Of a stretch of 64,000 nucleotides of DNA, positions 1 to 9,196 are shown piece by piece (the first letter of the stretch is position 1; each line of letters starts with the position of its first letter). Origin of the DNA: Selenomonadaceae bacterium (GTDB taxonomy: Bacteria > Bacillota > Clostridia > Oscillospirales > CAG-272); assembly GCA_963598415.1 (NCBI GenBank), contig CAVBUH010000047.1:140024-204023 (forward strand). The letters are read 5' to 3'. Made by a program: the position numbers and the translations under genes. The notes beneath the pieces are model-generated. The model was not told the DNA's origin. It worked only from the letters and a program-made list of their open reading frames with translations, and ran no database searches.

Positions 1-876
1 ACCTCTGTACAAAAACGAATTTTCCGGGCTCCAATAACAGAAATCCTTAAGCTCAAGAGTTATTTTTTGTGATGTAACACCCGGATCTGCCGTAATCGTT
101 TTTATTACTCTATCAAGCGACATATCTTTTCCATCTTCAAAAAGAGAACCCGTAATCATTACATCGGCAGCTTCATCGCCACTGTTTCTGACGGTCAGTT
201 CAACATCAACTGTTCCGTTTTCACAATCGGTATATATAACAGCATCCTCCGCATATACCTCAGGCTTGACATAAATATATACAGGTTCCTGAACTCTGGG
301 ATTTGAAGAAAAGGATAAACCTATATTATTGTACTTCAATCCTTCTATATCATTTTCCGAACTCGGGTTGATGCAGCGTACCGCAATATGATTGTCCTCA
401 CCTTGCTTTATATAATCGGTAATGTCAAAAGTAAAAGCGCCTACACGTCCCGTATGCTCCCCAACATATTCTCCATTAAGCCAGTATTCGGTATAATACG
501 GCATTCCGGAGAAGCGGATAAGCACACGCTCTCCTTTATTTATATCGAGATCAGCATTAAATTTTACCGAAAACCATATACATTTTTCATAATCAAACAT
601 TCCGGGAAAATTGATTTTATCCCATCCAAGCGCAGTATATTTTTGATACCAACCGTTCTGCATTCCGATATCGTCGGAATCGGCACGCATAAGCCACTCA
701 GATAAACAAATTCCGTCGGTATAATTATCGTCGTATTTTTCCATTATCACGCCGTTATCACCGGAGGAACTGTCTCCGGGTAAATTATTTTTTTGACTGT
801 TTCTACCGCATGAGACAAGAACTAAAGTTAAAATCGGCAAAACTGTCAAAATAATTGTAAGCAGAATTTTTTTCAT
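1..876 (-). CDS. glycoside hydrolase family 2-like lipoprotein, N-terminal part (runs off the window start)
   Basis: Absent from the ORF track because it is edge-truncated. The minus-strand ATG at 876-874 gives MKKILLTIILTVLPILTLVLVSCGRN, a signal peptide with a lipobox Cys. It continues ...RFSGMPYYTEYWLNGEYVGEHTGRVGAFTFDITDY... and ends ...CYWSPENSFLYRG, which matches the GH2 sugar-binding domain and the W-x-P-x-x-P-x-LY hallmark. The frame is open for exactly 292 codons down to position 1. Confidence 0.7.
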   Translation of the reverse strand, partial: MKKILLTIILTVLPILTLVLVSCGRNSQKNNLPGDSSSGDNGVIMEKYDDNYTDGICLSEWLMRADSDDIGMQNGWYQKYTALGWDKINFPGMFDYEKCIWFSVKFNADLDINKGERVLIRFSGMPYYTEYWLNGEYVGEHTGRVGAFTFDITDYIKQGEDNHIAVRCINPSSENDIEGLKYNNIGLSFSSNPRVQEPVYIYVKPEVYAEDAVIYTDCENGTVDVELTVRNSGDEAADVMITGSLFEDGKDMSLDRVIKTITADPGVTSQKITLELKDFCYWSPENSFLYRG

Positions 877-1059
877 AATAACCTATTGTATATTAAATCC
901 TCGCAGAAGACCAATTATACAATCCTTTCTCAAAATAGAGTTTTCTGTAAAACAGAGGTGTTTTCCGCTTCGGAGAACGCAACAATGCCTGTAGCGGTGC
1001 TCGCACCACCGAAAACCGGGCAGAAAGAGGATAAGCGGTGTAACCGACACTCTTTGCCG

Positions 1060-1236
1060 AAGGCGATACGCTGGATACGGCGGTACAAATGCACAGCCAT
1101 AGTTTTCGTCAAACAATATCAATTGAGGAGGAAGGAATACCTCCTCTGCCAACGAAATTTCTGAAGTATGAGGAAACCGGACAAGCAGATATGCCGTCTG
1201 GGCACAAGCCGTGAACCCGGCGGTACTGAATTAAGG
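1060..1236 (-). mobile_element. family-A MITE-like repeat, diverged copy
   Basis: The ends are AAGGCGATACGC ... CGGCGGTACTGAATTAAGG. The core is TTTTCGTCAAACAATATCAATTGAGGAGGAAGGAATACCTCCTCTGCCAACGAAATTT, which aligns with the other family-A copies. Confidence 0.6.
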
Positions 1237-1394
1237 GTAGCACTAATAATTCTCTGCTCACAGACTGCAAAGAGATTTTTTCGTCAGTTTAAACAGAAAT
1301 TCCGCAGACAGCGCATAATCCAGCAAGGATTCTTGTGACGAATGATGGAAAACATCTCGAACCGTTTTGGGGTAGTGAGGTTTTAGTGGTTCCC
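1235..1394 (+). mobile_element. family-B MITE-like repeat
   Basis: It runs GGGTAGCACTAATAA ... AAAGAGATTTTTTCGTCAGTTTAAACAGAAATTCCGCAGACAGCG ... TTTTAGTGGTTCCC. It aligns with the copies at 8926, 12336 and 35698 and directly abuts the family-A copy. Confidence 0.6.
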
Positions 1395-1416
1395 TTAATT
1401 CAGATTGAATTATTGG

Positions 1417-3507
1417 CTATGCTTTTTTGTCTATGAGAATCAGCAGCGAGGTATTTGACTTATGAAGCTTAAGCGTAAGTCCGATCGTCATAAGCTCTTC
1501 ACCGGTAGCTTCAACCGTTTCGCCTGTTTCCGTTATGTTAAGTACATAGACAGTATCAGATTTTAATCCTTTAAGCTTGACTGTCTTCTTCGACACACTG
1601 CATTCTTCGGGACGAAATACAATCAGACAACCATCTTCTTCGTTAGGGCGGTAATATTCATAAACTGCATATTCACTTTTTAAATTATCCTGACTTCCCT
1701 GGCAAAGAATATAATAGTCGCCGTTAATATAATTCTTGCAAAGCTGATACTGCTCAATTCCGGGAAGATATAAGCTGCTCCTAACCGACGCAGCGCCGAG
1801 AACCAATCCGGATGCGATCATAGATCTCCAATGGTAATCCGTAACTCTTCCTTCAGACGAACATCCTCCCGCTGAAAGCGGAAGCCACCATGAAAGTCCG
1901 TAAGTACTCATACGGACGCCGTCGGTAATGGAGCCCTTGGTTATATTATAATCTGTTCTCCAAAGCGACACAGAGCGCTTCATCATTTCAATATCCAGCC
2001 TTCTTCCCCCAGAGGCACAATTATCAATCATGAGTCCAGGATTTAATTGTCGGAGCGTATCGAGGTATCGATATAAATTTGTGATATATTTTATCTCGGT
2101 GATTCCTATTCTATTTTCCCCCTCGGCAGAATCATTATTTCTCCATGTATCTGCAGGGGAACAGTTGAAATCCTGTCTATACCATTTGATATTATTTTCT
2201 TTTAAAATGGCGGATACTTTATTAATCATATAATCGGTTGCCTCATTATCGGCAAAGTTATATAGATAAAAGCTTGACTGTTTCGGCAAAAAATATTCCG
2301 GATGCTCTGTTACTATCTGAGTTCCCGGCATCGCGCGTTCCGGCTCAAACCATAAAAGAAGATTTTTACCAAGCTCACTGAGTCTGGCTGATATATTACG
2401 GAATCCATCGGGATATATTGATTCGCTCACATCCCAGTTTCCGAGCTGATTATACCACGAAAGATCACTGGAGCCCGATGTCACTGTGCTGCAATACCAA
2501 CCGGCGTCTATCCATAAAGTATCATATTCCAATCCGAGCCGCTCGCATAATTCAATTGTCTCAAGAATACTTTTTTCTCCGGAGCCTCCCCAAACGTTTA
2601 TACAATAAGGAAGAGCGGTAATGGGAGCACCTGTTTCATCCGAAGGGGTATACGACTGAAGAATAAGCTGCCTGAATTTGTTATGGCCCGCATCCTGATC
2701 GCCGTTAAAAAACATGAGAACAGAGGACGGAGTCCTCATTTCCTCGCCACTGAAAAGAGCTATCCGCGTTTCTTTCATACCGGCTGTAACATTTACACTT
2801 CCACCGTCGTTCTCAAATTCAGCTTTCCAGTCTCCCGTCCAGCCGATTGCGCCGAGTACACCATAAATACCGTTTGAAAGATCAAAATACGGGAATGCGC
2901 CTGAGGAAGAACGTCCTCCTTCAGATGACATACTGTATTTCCCATCATTCAGATTAACGGATACAGGCTCAAAATCATCTTGTTGCGCTTTTGATCCCTT
3001 TGTCGTTGTCAGTACAGCATCTTTCACTTCAACGGAATAATCCAAAGGGAGAATCTCTGAAATCACTGCTGACTCCGAATCAGAATTATTTTTGAAATAG
3101 CATGTCCACTCAATTGAAGCAAACAAAGTATCAAGCTTGATTTCAGCGCTGAAGGTAATATTATCGGGTGAATCATATGTCACAACAAAAAGCTTATTTC
3201 CGTCGTCATCCGTACGCTCATCAACTTTTTTATCCCACGCAGATATAAAATTGCCGAACACTTCTCCGTCATATCTGAAAGAAAACAAACCATTATTTTC
3301 TATTCTGCTTCTCAGCCATTTTTCAGCCGTTTCAACTGATCCGTCATCTTGATAGATCGGTTGATATGAGTTCATTTCCTCGGTATTATTCGTAGATTCC
3401 ATTGATGTTTCTCCGTTATTATTGATATTGCTGTCGCTGCAGCAAACTAAAGAAAAAGCTGCAGCGACAGACAAAAACGATGCTATGAAGCGCTTAATAT
3501 ATTTCAT
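1417..3507 (-). CDS. alpha-galactosidase-like glycoside hydrolase (GH36-type), lipoprotein
   Basis: 696 aa ORF. The N-terminus has a signal peptide with lipobox (AAFSLVCCSD). The TIM-barrel motifs LWIDAGWY, WYRQDFN and DNCASGGRRLDIEMMKRSVSLWRTDY resemble the GH36 catalytic region. Confidence 0.6.
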   Translation of the reverse strand: MKYIKRFIASFLSVAAAFSLVCCSDSNINNNGETSMESTNNTEEMNSYQPIYQDDGSVETAEKWLRSRIENNGLFSFRYDGEVFGNFISAWDKKVDERTDDDGNKLFVVTYDSPDNITFSAEIKLDTLFASIEWTCYFKNNSDSESAVISEILPLDYSVEVKDAVLTTTKGSKAQQDDFEPVSVNLNDGKYSMSSEGGRSSSGAFPYFDLSNGIYGVLGAIGWTGDWKAEFENDGGSVNVTAGMKETRIALFSGEEMRTPSSVLMFFNGDQDAGHNKFRQLILQSYTPSDETGAPITALPYCINVWGGSGEKSILETIELCERLGLEYDTLWIDAGWYCSTVTSGSSDLSWYNQLGNWDVSESIYPDGFRNISARLSELGKNLLLWFEPERAMPGTQIVTEHPEYFLPKQSSFYLYNFADNEATDYMINKVSAILKENNIKWYRQDFNCSPADTWRNNDSAEGENRIGITEIKYITNLYRYLDTLRQLNPGLMIDNCASGGRRLDIEMMKRSVSLWRTDYNITKGSITDGVRMSTYGLSWWLPLSAGGCSSEGRVTDYHWRSMIASGLVLGAASVRSSLYLPGIEQYQLCKNYINGDYYILCQGSQDNLKSEYAVYEYYRPNEEDGCLIVFRPEECSVSKKTVKLKGLKSDTVYVLNITETGETVEATGEELMTIGLTLKLHKSNTSLLILIDKKA

Positions 3508-4307
3508 TTTCTTTTTCCCTTTTTCATAAATATGAACATGATCGCAATCAGTGTTCCGAGCAAAAGCAAACCAATAGCTGACAGTATTGCTATTTTAGGG
3601 ATATTCCCGTTACTGTTAATTTCAGTAGTATCATCATCGGTTGCTTCTGTTTTAAGCATGGTATCCCCCTGCGAAACAGACATATTCTCTCGCTCTACAT
3701 AAACGTCTGCTTGTACGCGTCCATTAGGTATCAGTTCAACTTTCGAAAAGTCAATATTATATGAAAAATCTTTTTCAATAACAGCATATACCCCGTCGTT
3801 TCCTCCGGTGAGATTGGCTTGTAAAAATTTCATTCCGTCTGCCGAGGTAATGTTATTGACTGTTGCCGTTGCGGGAGATCCCACTTCCTCGATACACATT
3901 GTGACAAGAAGATTTGAATAGGACGCAAGTTCGCCCTGATACTCCATTATCTCGCTAACGCTTTGAGCGCCGGCGCGGTCGGATGTTATGGTAAACAATA
4001 GCCTGTCATGAATATTGTCGGCGTAGGTAACGGTACCCGTCCACTGAAGATACTGATTTTCCTCTGATTTCTGAAGCGCCCACGAACTGTCGGTCATACG
4101 GACGGCATAGTAAGGACCGGAGCTTACACCGTAGTAATTTATTTTTACCGGCTCGGAAAATTCAATCACTACCTGATAATCATTAATCTGAACCGCCCTG
4201 ATACAAACAAGAGGCTCGTCCTCCGCCATAACATTCAACCGAATGTATGGAAACAGCATTAATAAAAATAATAATATAGCAGCTATTTGGAATTTTTTAT
4301 ATTTCAT
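3504..4307 (-). CDS. hypothetical secreted protein with a C-terminal membrane anchor
   Basis: 267 aa. It has an N-terminal signal-like hydrophobic segment and a C-terminal TM helix plus basic tail (IAILSAIGLLLLGTLIAIMFIFMKKGKRK). It overlaps the GH36 gene by 4 nt, which suggests an operon. Confidence 0.5.
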   Translation of the reverse strand: MKYKKFQIAAILLFLLMLFPYIRLNVMAEDEPLVCIRAVQINDYQVVIEFSEPVKINYYGVSSGPYYAVRMTDSSWALQKSEENQYLQWTGTVTYADNIHDRLLFTITSDRAGAQSVSEIMEYQGELASYSNLLVTMCIEEVGSPATATVNNITSADGMKFLQANLTGGNDGVYAVIEKDFSYNIDFSKVELIPNGRVQADVYVERENMSVSQGDTMLKTEATDDDTTEINSNGNIPKIAILSAIGLLLLGTLIAIMFIFMKKGKRK

Positions 4308-4384
4308 GAGTACACTCTTTCATTATTTGAAGTTCCAATAACATAATACATCTTTCATCATGCAAAAAACTCTGCGGTAGCTTC

Positions 4385-5089
4385 TTACAGAGGATTAACC
4401 ACTTGATCTATCCCCCAAACGGTAACATCTTCAACGACGGCTCTTGAAGGCAGATTACATACATAAAGCACAGTATCTGCAATATCATCAACCGAAAGAA
4501 TGTTATTTACTTCGTCTATCCCCGATCCGTTCTGAAATCCGGTTGACGCTGCGGCAGGAATAACGCACGTCACACGTATATTGTCCGGCTGAAGCTCGGT
4601 ATAAAGTCCTTTAGAGAAATTTAAAACTCCCGCTTTGGCAGCGGCATAAACGCTCCATGCCGGCCAGCACTGACGCGCGCAGACAGACGATATATTTATA
4701 ATCGTTCCGCTTTTTTGTTTTTTCATTAAAGGAACAAACTGCCGGCTTCCGTAAATAACACTATTCAAATTAAGCTTTATACAGCGATCAATATCTTCTA
4801 TTGACTGGTCAGCAACCTCTTTGATTGCAACTCCCGAACCTGCGTTGTTTACAAGAATGTCAAGCCGTCCGTATTTTTCCATAATATAAGCATACGCTTT
4901 TTTCCAATCTGAAGGCAGAGTAACATCCATTACAAACTTATCGGCGCATCCGGTTTCATGCATTGCCTCTGTCAATTTCTGATCATGACGCGCAGCTATA
5001 ATTACGGTATCACCGCATTCTGTAAACTTCCCTGCCATTGCCTTGCCATAACCGGAGGAACCTCCGGTAATAAAAACGATTCTTTTCAT
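4385..5089 (-). CDS. SDR family oxidoreductase
   Basis: 234 aa. It has the Rossmann motif ITGGSSGYGKA, the NNAG motif and a catalytic YAAAK (YxxxK). Confidence 0.8.
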   Translation of the reverse strand: MKRIVFITGGSSGYGKAMAGKFTECGDTVIIAARHDQKLTEAMHETGCADKFVMDVTLPSDWKKAYAYIMEKYGRLDILVNNAGSGVAIKEVADQSIEDIDRCIKLNLNSVIYGSRQFVPLMKKQKSGTIINISSVCARQCWPAWSVYAAAKAGVLNFSKGLYTELQPDNIRVTCVIPAAASTGFQNGSGIDEVNNILSVDDIADTVLYVCNLPSRAVVEDVTVWGIDQVVNPL

Positions 5090-5161
5090 GATGTGTATAT
5101 CCTTTCCTTAATATAAACGTATATGCAGTGTATTTTTACTTTTTCCCATACGGAAAAAGAA

Positions 5162-6913
5162 TCAGATATCGGGCGCTGTCCGAAACCGAAAAGCGCCCGC
5201 TTGAAAAAGAGTCAAATTATCAATTAACCGCGTTTCTTTTTTGAAGCGACACGAATGCCGGAAGCGCCTGCAATTCCGATAATGGCTGCAACCGCAATTA
5301 AGATATTCGCCCTGTTCAAAACATTGAAGCGATATTTTTTCCTTAATCAGATTTGCGGCAAAGGGAAGATATCCGTCTGTTTTTTTTTCGGGGGTATATA
5401 TGATTTTTTTCGACCACATGACACCATCGGGGCCTGCAATCGAGATCAAAATCTGATAAATTGTCCCTTCGGAAAGTATTCCGAGATCTGAAAGCACAAT
5501 GTCAAGTTCAAGTATCTCCTGCCGCCATAATACCGTATGACTGACCGTTATACAGAATCGAAGATCGCTCCAGCCGTCATGCATAACATCATACATCTCT
5601 GGCTTGACACCATGAAACGTATCCATAACGCCTTCTCCGGTCAGATTGGCATCTGTTGCCATGGTCATACTGTAACCGTTGAAACGCTCCACACGACGAA
5701 TCAAATCAAAGTAAAGCCTTCTTTGCTTTGCCTGCAGCGACTGACTTGCTTTGAAAGCGTCCTCCGGAGCAGCAAATATTCTGTCCAGCCTATAATCGTG
5801 ATAGAACTTCCAAAATTCATGACAATGGCTTTTCAGAATTTCCTTCTCTTTTCCCTGAGGAAGCAAGCCATATTGCTCGAAATACAGATTTGCCGCAAAA
5901 ATATTCGCCAGAGAGCCTACGCCGGCTTCCGATAAGAATACTCCCCGTTTCATTTTATTGAATTCGGAAAGAGTATCCTTTACTTTTTTACCGTAAGGCA
6001 TGACCGGATATAGATGAACGTCACCCATTTCAGGAGTATAATAATTGGGAATATGCCTGTCTACTACCAAATCCGGCGCCTCCGGCGATTCGTTTCCCAT
6101 ATATCCGTCCCACTCGCAGCTGCCGGGATTACATACGGAACCATAATGACGATTTCCGTCAAAGCGCGCGCTTTGAAGAAAAAATACCGTATCCGGAGAC
6201 AAGGCTCTTGCATATCGCGGTGCTTCAATAACAGCGTGATAAAGCTTATCAGTCGTCCATGCTCCCTCCGCTTTTACCAGTGTTTCGTTCTGGAAACCGA
6301 ACATGAGCATACACGGGTGATTCCTATCGCGTTTAAGCACGGCTTCCACACTTTCGCGAAACAGTATCTCCGTTTGTTCACAGTCTTTTTTATGCCATGC
6401 CATAGAATGCTCTGAATAAAACAATAATCCCAATTCATCGCATATATCCAGAATCTGGGGCAGCGGTGCGGAAGCAAGCTGGCGCACCGCATTAAATCCG
6501 CAGGATTTTAAATATATCATCAAACGACGATATCCCGACAAATCATCTGCTGTGTCCGGAGACAAAGGCCACGCATTTCCGAAATGCGTCATTTTCAGGT
6601 ACAGACGCCTTCCGTTCAGATTAAAGTATCCGCTTTCATCCACAAAGAATTTTCTGAATGCGGTTCTCACTGTTCTTATGTCTGATTTTTCTCCGTTTGC
6701 ATAGGATAACAAAATGTTACAGCTATAAAGATACGGATCATCTGGACTCCACATATGAAAATCAGAAACAGAAACAGCCATATTAACCGTTATTTTTCCG
6801 GGAGTTGACACAGCGGATACCTTTGCTTTACCGCAAATATGTGAACTCGCGTTTTCAGAAAGAATAACAGTCAGATTAAAGTAAGGCAATACAAATCCTA
6901 TTCTTAATCGCAC
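5162..6913 (-). CDS. GH2-type glycoside hydrolase lacking the N-terminal sugar-binding domain; possible pseudogene
   Basis: 583 aa starting at a GTG. Homology begins inside the Ig-like domain (FHMWSPDDPYLY). TIM-barrel motifs are present (RDRNHPCMLMFGFQNE, VFLSEAGVG). The C-terminal roughly 45 aa are Cys/Arg-rich and look out of frame. An alternative frame encodes a TM anchor. Confidence 0.55.
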   Translation of the reverse strand: MRLRIGFVLPYFNLTVILSENASSHICGKAKVSAVSTPGKITVNMAVSVSDFHMWSPDDPYLYSCNILLSYANGEKSDIRTVRTAFRKFFVDESGYFNLNGRRLYLKMTHFGNAWPLSPDTADDLSGYRRLMIYLKSCGFNAVRQLASAPLPQILDICDELGLLFYSEHSMAWHKKDCEQTEILFRESVEAVLKRDRNHPCMLMFGFQNETLVKAEGAWTTDKLYHAVIEAPRYARALSPDTVFFLQSARFDGNRHYGSVCNPGSCEWDGYMGNESPEAPDLVVDRHIPNYYTPEMGDVHLYPVMPYGKKVKDTLSEFNKMKRGVFLSEAGVGSLANIFAANLYFEQYGLLPQGKEKEILKSHCHEFWKFYHDYRLDRIFAAPEDAFKASQSLQAKQRRLYFDLIRRVERFNGYSMTMATDANLTGEGVMDTFHGVKPEMYDVMHDGWSDLRFCITVSHTVLWRQEILELDIVLSDLGILSEGTIYQILISIAGPDGVMWSKKIIYTPEKKTDGYLPFAANLIKEKISLQCFEQGEYLNCGCSHYRNCRRFRHSCRFKKETRLIDNLTLFQAGAFRFRTAPDI

Positions 6914-7036
6914 AAACCTTTACAAGTAAAAACAAGGCAAATACTGACGCACCTTTAATTTTGTTTTGAGAGCCTTCTGATTATACCAAATTTTTTCCTC
7001 GCTCCGATACACCGAGAGCGAGGAAAAAGCTTTCTA

Positions 7037-7345
7037 TAAGGCAATTATCGGAGAGTGATCGAAATGATTCCTACCGCAGCTTTAATGTATAAACATAATA
7101 AAATCCTTATGCCGTATAAAATTGACATGGATATGAAAAAAAGCCTCCGAAATCGGTTAAATCCCACTCTCTTTGATGGTTTTGCCAATTTATAGATACT
7201 CCGTACAGTGAAATATTGCACACAATCCGCAGAACGAACGAAGGAAACCGAACAGACGATGCGGCAATCCCGGTATCAGACCAAACGAAAATGTCCGGCT
7301 GACAGCTATCAAGAAAATTGCATAGCGGTGTTACAATTGATCATT
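7037..7345 (+). repeat. decayed family-A-like repeat (tentative)
   Basis: The left end is TAAGGCAATTATCGG. The right part is AACGAAAATGTCCGGCTGACAGCTATCAAGAAAATTGCATAGCGGTGTTACAATTGA, which parallels the family-A right arm GACGAAAAATCCGGCGGCGCAACTGCACAACAATCATTGTGCGGTATTGCCTTAA. It is longer than canonical copies and the interior is poorly alignable. Confidence 0.3.
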
Positions 7346-7489
7346 GACAAAACTACAGATGTATATTTTATCAATATTGCCTTTGGAAAAATATATAACC
7401 GGGGTTGATTTACAAGGAAAAATATGATAAAATTTCCTTTGACATCATTATCATAAAGAACCACAAGAAAGGACATCGGCCGAACCGCT

Positions 7490-8797
7490 ATGAACCAAAC
7501 CTCAAACGCACTTCTCGATTTCATTTCAAAAACCCCAACCGGATTTCACGCAGTCAAAAATGTATCCGAATCACTTGTGTCAAAAGGCTATACCGAACTC
7601 AACGAAGCCAGTGATTGGAAGCTTGAATACGGTGGAAAATACTTTACTACCCGCAACCTTTCCTCTCTGATTGCTTTTCGTATTCCAATCGAAAAGCCAA
7701 AAAGCTTTATGATTACTGCGGCACACGGGGATTCACCTGCTTTTAAGATAAAGGAACACGCAGAAAGCGAAGCTGCAGGGTTCTATACCCGTATCAATAC
7801 CGAAAAATACGGCGGTATGATATACTCGTCATGGCTCGATCGTCCTCTTTCCGCAGCGGGAAAAATAACTGTTCTCGGTAACGGTACCATAACATCAAAG
7901 ATTGTGGATCTGAAACGAGACCTTTTTCTGATTCCGTCAGTTGCCATTCATATGAACCGCCACGCCAACGAAAACGCCTCCTATAACCCCGCAATAGATA
8001 TGCAGCCGATTTCCGGAAGCATATCTGCAAAGGGCGGCTACAAAAAACTTCTTGCCGAGGTGTGCGGATGTTCTGAGGAGGATATTCTTGCATCGGATAT
8101 GTTCCTTTATTCCCGTGACGCCGGAAAAACATGGGGCATAAACGAGGAATTTATTTCTTCGCCGCGGCTTGACGATCTTCAGTGCGTATTTGCCGCATAT
8201 TCCGGTTTTATTTCCGCCAAGGAATCAAGCGCCTGCCCTGTTCTCTGCATCTACGATAATGAGGAAGTAGGAAGCACAACGAAACAGGGAGCCGCCTCCA
8301 CTTTCCTGAAGGATACGCTCACAAGAATTACCGATGCGCTCGGCGGAAATCATTCCGATTATCTTAAATCTCTCGCTTCAAGCTTTATGGTTTCTGCCGA
8401 CAATGCTCACGCCGTCCATCCGAACCACCCCGAATATTCTGATCCGTCTCACCGCCCGATCATAAACGGGGGAATCGTAATCAAGCATAATGCCAACCAG
8501 CGATATACGACAGACGCGCTTTCCTCCGCCGTATTTACCGAGATCTGCCGCAAAGCCGGCGTTCCGGTACAGCGTTTCACCAATCGCTCGGACATAGCCG
8601 GCGGCTCTACGCTCGGAAATATTTCCAATACTCAAGCGGCGGTAAACACCGTGGATATCGGACTTCCTCAGCTCTCTATGCATTCTTCCTATGAAACGGC
8701 AGGTGCTTTGGATACCGATTACCTGATAACCGCTTTAACGTTTTTTTTCGGATCTGAAATCATATCAGAAGCTTCCGACAGCATAAGAATCCAATAA
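7490..8797 (+). CDS. M18 family aminopeptidase
   Basis: 435 aa. Motifs seen are AAHGDSPAFKIK, SPRLDDLQC, DNEEVGS, ADNAHAVHPNHPE and LSMHSSYE, typical of aspartyl/M18 aminopeptidases. Confidence 0.8.
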   Translation: MNQTSNALLDFISKTPTGFHAVKNVSESLVSKGYTELNEASDWKLEYGGKYFTTRNLSSLIAFRIPIEKPKSFMITAAHGDSPAFKIKEHAESEAAGFYTRINTEKYGGMIYSSWLDRPLSAAGKITVLGNGTITSKIVDLKRDLFLIPSVAIHMNRHANENASYNPAIDMQPISGSISAKGGYKKLLAEVCGCSEEDILASDMFLYSRDAGKTWGINEEFISSPRLDDLQCVFAAYSGFISAKESSACPVLCIYDNEEVGSTTKQGAASTFLKDTLTRITDALGGNHSDYLKSLASSFMVSADNAHAVHPNHPEYSDPSHRPIINGGIVIKHNANQRYTTDALSSAVFTEICRKAGVPVQRFTNRSDIAGGSTLGNISNTQAAVNTVDIGLPQLSMHSSYETAGALDTDYLITALTFFFGSEIISEASDSIRIQ

Positions 8798-8877
8798 GCT
8801 TCCCGGCAGTGTTAAGACAGCATAGACGGATTCGCCCCTTTCGCCTTGACGGTGTTTCTGCACTGCCGGAACTGTAC

Positions 8878-9196
8878 TAAGGCAACACCGACAGGCTTAC
8901 GCATGCGCCTTGCTAATGCACCTGCGGGACAATTTCCCGTCAAAAATTCACCGCCCAAATCCGCCTTGATCTGCTTTCCGCCATTCGTTACAAGAAATCC
9001 TTGCCAGATGTATACGCTGTCTTCGGAATTTTTGTTTTGACTGAAAAAAACGCTTTACCGTCTATAAACATTGAACTTTAGAGATTCCCTTCACAAATTT
9101 TGCCGGTGAGGTGCCGCTTTTTGCCCCTCAATTGGTATCGTCTGATGAAAATAGGACTCCGCTCTGCACCATCAGAATCCGACGATATTGCCTTAA
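8878..9196 (+). mobile_element. family-A MITE-like repeat interrupted by a nested family-B element
   Basis: The left arm is TAAGGCAACACCGACAGGCTTACGCATGCGCC. The right arm is TTCACAAATTTTGCC...CCTCAATTGGTATCGTCTGATGAAAA...GACGATATTGCCTTAA. The extra roughly 164 bp in the middle is a family-B copy. Confidence 0.6.
8926..9089 (-). mobile_element. family-B MITE-like repeat nested in family A
   Basis: The reverse complement reads GGGAATCTCTAAAGTTCAATGTTTATAGACGGTAAAGCGTTTTTTTCAGTCAAAACAAAAATTCCGAAGACAGCG...GAATTTTTGACGGGAAATTGTCCC. It aligns with the other B copies. Confidence 0.6.
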
